From NCBI GenBank assembly GCA_030390025.1, contig CM059432.1, positions 118,546,001-118,610,000 on the forward strand: a stretch of 64,000 bases of DNA, written 5' to 3'. Of this stretch, positions 60,380-64,000 are shown one piece after another. The position numbers were made by a program, and so were the translations under genes. The notes beneath the pieces were generated by a model. It was not told the DNA's origin. It ran no database searches and was given only the letters and a program-made list of their open reading frames with translations. The DNA is from Squalus acanthias. Lineage: Eukaryota. The first letter of the stretch is position 1, and each line of letters opens with the position of its first letter.

Positions 60380-62082
60380 ATAGAGTCATAACGGCACAGA
60401 AGGAGGCCATTCGGCCCATTGAGTCCATGCCAGCTCTCTGTAGAGCAATCCAGTCAGTCCCATTCCCCCGCTCAATCCCCGTAGCCCTGCAAGTTTATTT
60501 CCCTCAAGTGCCTATCCAGTCTCCCCTTGAAAACATTGAGTGTCTCCGCTTCCACCACTTCCGTCGGCAGCGAATTCCAGGTCATCACCACTCGCTGCGT
60601 AAAAAGTTTTTCCTCACATCCCCCCTGTATCTCTTGCCCAAAACCTTAAATCTGTGTCCCCTAGTCCTTGTACCATCAACTAGTGGGAACAGCCTTTCCT
60701 CATCTAACCTATCCAAACCTGTCATAATCTTGTACACCTCTATCAAATCACCCCTCAACCTCCTTTGCTCTAATAAAAACAAATCCAGCTTCTCCAACCT
60801 GTCCTTGTAGCTAAGATCCCCCATCCCCAGAACCATTCTGGAAAATCTCCTCTGCACCCTCTCAAGGGCCTTCATATCCTTCTAAAGTGTGCTGACCAGA
60901 ACAGTACGCAATACTCCAGTTGTGGCCTAACCAGCGCTTTATAAAGGATCAGCATAACTTCTCTACTTTTGTATTAAATACCTCTATTTATGAAGCCCAA
61001 GATCCCAAATGCTTTGTTAACCACTCTCTCAATATGTCCTGCCACCTTCAGGGACCTATGCACATTAACTCCCAGGTCCCTCTGTCCCTGCACACTCTTT
61101 AAATCTGTGCCATTAAGTGTATATTGCCTCGCCCTGTTCCTTCTGCAAAAATGCATCACCTCACACTTCTCTGTATTAAAATCCATCTGCCACTTGTCTG
61201 CCCATTCTGCTTGCCTTTCTATGTCCTGTTGCAGTCGATTGGTATCATCCTCACTGTTTGCCACACCCCCAAGTTTGGTGTTATCGGCAAATTTAGAAAT
61301 TCTACTCTGTATTCTAATATCCAGGTCATTTATATAAATCAAAAAAAGCAGTGGCCCCAGCACTGACCCTTGGGGAACACCAGTGTCTACCATCTTCCAG
61401 TCTGAAAAACAGCCATTTACCACAACTCGCTGTTTTCTGTCCTTAAGCCAATTCCTTATCCAAGCTCCCACTGACCCACCTGTTCCATGAGCCTCAATTT
61501 TGTAAAGCAGCCTTCTATGTGATACTTTGTCAAGCGCCGTCTGAAAATCCATGCAGACAACATCCATTGCATTCCCTTCATCAATCCTCTCTGTTACTTC
61601 ATCAAAAAATTCAATTAGATTAGTCAAACACGATCTGCCTTTTACAATCCGTGTTGGCTCTCCTTAATTAGCTTAAACCTCTCCAAGTGCCTGTTAATTT
61701 TTTTCTTGATTATTGTTTCTAAAACTTTACACACCACTGATGTTAAACTGACCGGCCTGTAGTTACTAGGATTGTTCTTGCACCCTTTCTTGAACAATGG
61801 TGTCACATTTGCTACTTTCTAATCCTCAGGCACCTCCCCCGCATCTAGGGAAGATTGGAAAATTATGGCAAGCCCTTCCGCTATCTCCTCCCCCAATTCC
61901 CTTAGCAACCTGGGATGCAAGCCATCTGGACCAGGCAACTTATCCACTCTAAGCATACCCAGCCTTTCTAGTACATCCTGTCTATCAATTTTCATCCCTT
62001 CCATTGCTTCTACCTTTTCCACTTCTACCGATATTTTGTCAGCATCCACCTCCTTAGTAAACACCGATACAAAGTACTCATT

Positions 62083-62545
62083 GGCCCGAAAATTAGACCT
62101 AATACGGGAGATTACGCACTGTGTAAGTTTATTTTTATAACTTTTAAAAAGAATTTAAATTTTTTCAAAAATTTAAACTTTTGTTTAAAGTGGTTAATTT
62201 ATTTAACTATAGTTATTTTATTAATGTGATGGCTTTTTTTTAAATTTAATTGAGGTTTAGCTGTTTTTTTGGGGGCTTGTTGTATTCATAGTTTTGACAG
62301 CTCTTCCTGTCAAAACTATGAATGAAAGATGGTGTGCTGCCATTGGCTCTAACTGGCCCACGTGATCCCAGAGGTAGCATCGAACTAACTGCGCCTCTGG
62401 GACACGCACACACTGCGCGCCGACACCAGGGAGAGGCGCAGGAACTGAAGTTCGTGTGGGCCAAAACCATAAAGGTAGGCACGGAGTGCGATATCGCGGG
62501 GGATCCTTACCCCCGCGGCAGCCATCGAAATCCAATTTCTGGGCC
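62083..62545 (+). mobile_element. Internally shortened family C-related MITE
   Basis: TIR GGCCCGAAAATT / AATTTCTGGGCC; TSD ATT/ATT; interrupts the LINE. Confidence 0.85.
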
Positions 62546-63550
62546 ATTGAGTATTCTAGCCTTGCCCTGCGCCTCTAAGCATAGATCACCTTCTTTGTCT
62601 CCAATAGGCCCCACCTCGCCTCTTACTTACTGCTTACTGTTTACATGCCGGTAGAAGATTTTGGGGTTTCCTTTTATGTTAACCGCCATTCTACTCTCAT
62701 ATTCTCTCTTTACCAATCTTATTTTCATCTTCACATCCCCTCTCAACTTATTGAATTTGGTCTGGTTCTCCCTTGAAGAATTCACCTGACATGCATTATA
62801 CACCCTCTTTTTTTGTTTCATCATCTTCTCTATCTCCCTCATCATCATCCAAGGAGCCCTTGCTTTGGTTCCCTTACCCTTCCCTCTTGTTGGAATGTAC
62901 CTAGCCTGTACTTGGAACATCTCCTCCTAAAAGATCACCCATTGTTCCGTTACAGTTTTTTCTCTCAGTCTTTGGTTCTATTTTACCCTGGCTAGATTCT
63001 TTTGCATCCCATTGAAGTTAGCCCTATTCCAGTTTAGAAATTCCACTCTAGGTTGTTCCTTGCTCTCTCCATTGCGAATCTAAATCTTATGAAACAATGA
63101 TCACTCATACCCAAGTGTTCACAGACACTTGTTCAACCTGGCTCACCTCATTCCCCAGCACCAGATCCAGCAATGCCTCCTTCCTAGTTGGGTCAAGAAT
63201 ATATTGGTCAAGGAAATTCTCCTGAACACATTTCAGAAATTCCTCTCCTTCCTTTCCCTTTACCCTAGCATTATCCCAATCGATATTTGGGTAATTAAAG
63301 TCCCCCAATATCACCACTCTATAGCTCTTGCATATCTCTACGATTTCCTTGCAGATTTGCCCCTCTACCTCCCTCTCACTATTTGGAGGCCTATAAAATA
63401 CCCCCAATAGCGTGATCATACCCTTTTTGGCCCTCAACTCTAACCAAATGGATTCTGTCCTTGTCCCCTCAAGAACATCCTCCCTTTCCAACACTACAAT
63501 GTCTTCCTTAATCAGCACTGCCACCCCACCTCCCTTTTTTCCTTCCCTAT

Positions 63551-63769
63551 TGACGTAAGAAAACTACTAGGCACTTGGTCTAAGCATTAAACAAAGCTTT
63601 AATCAACTGTTTTACAACATGGAGGTCTGGTTGTGTCCTTCACTAGTTCCTGTTAAGAATGTCCTGTGCAAGCTGGGCCCGTGCCCGAGTATTTATACTC
63701 TCCCTGGACAGTGCCACCCGCAGGCCACTCAGTATTATTTCATAAGTCATGAATGACAGATTCATGTCA
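63551..63769 (-). mobile_element. Solo LTR (219 bp)
   Basis: TGACGT...ATGTCA ends, 5-bp TSD CCTAT, minus-strand TATAAATA (~63690) upstream of ATTAAA (~63600). Confidence 0.8.
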
Positions 63770-64000
63770 CCTATCTTTTCTGAACACCTTGTTTGCTTGA
63801 ATATTAAGTGCCCAGTCCTCACTGTTTTTAAGCCATGTTTCCATTATTGCCACAACATCATATTGCCACACGACTAATTGTGCTTGTAGCTCACCAACCT
63901 TATTCACCACACTTTGTGCGTTTACGTACATGCATTCTAAACCCATTTTTGAATTTTTCGTAGTCTTTCTTAGTCTGCTCCTATCTAATATGGTACTATT

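Larger units (their letters stand above)
59585..64000 (-). mobile_element. Long CR1-like LINE (APE + RT) with three nested insertions
   Basis: GVFYRPPNS..GDFNYPNIDW, GVPQGSVLGPLLFLIYINDLD and [14 protein letters not shown]; (tatgactc)n tail. Confidence 0.92.

Overview
Eukaryotic, non-genic DNA that appears to come from a shark or other cartilaginous fish (inferred from HE1/HER1-type and Deu-type SINE/LINE sequences). I recognise no host protein-coding exon, rRNA, tRNA gene or CRISPR array. The window is a dense, layered transposable-element landscape. It holds CR1/HER1 and L2 LINEs (one nearly intact, with an SGNH-esterase ORF1 remnant), three SINE families that each share a 3' tail with a LINE present in the window, and Penelope-like termini carrying minimal hammerhead ribozyme motifs. 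It also holds a 219-bp solo LTR, a pogo/Tigger-like MITE, and many PIF/Harbinger elements of different ages: fossil transposases, Myb/SANT ORFs with conserved introns, and several MITE families with 3-bp target flanks. The most notable items are: (1) a 2.05-kb Harbinger derivative that lacks the transposase but keeps a spliceable, stop-free three-exon Myb/SANT gene (~384 aa); (2) non-identical 3-bp flanks in which one side matches the host and the other reads ATT, possibly a mechanistic footprint; (3) hammerhead-bearing Penelope termini, one split by a MITE and one inserted alone with a 12-bp TSD. Boundaries of degenerate elements are approximate, and family names come from motif recognition, not database searches.
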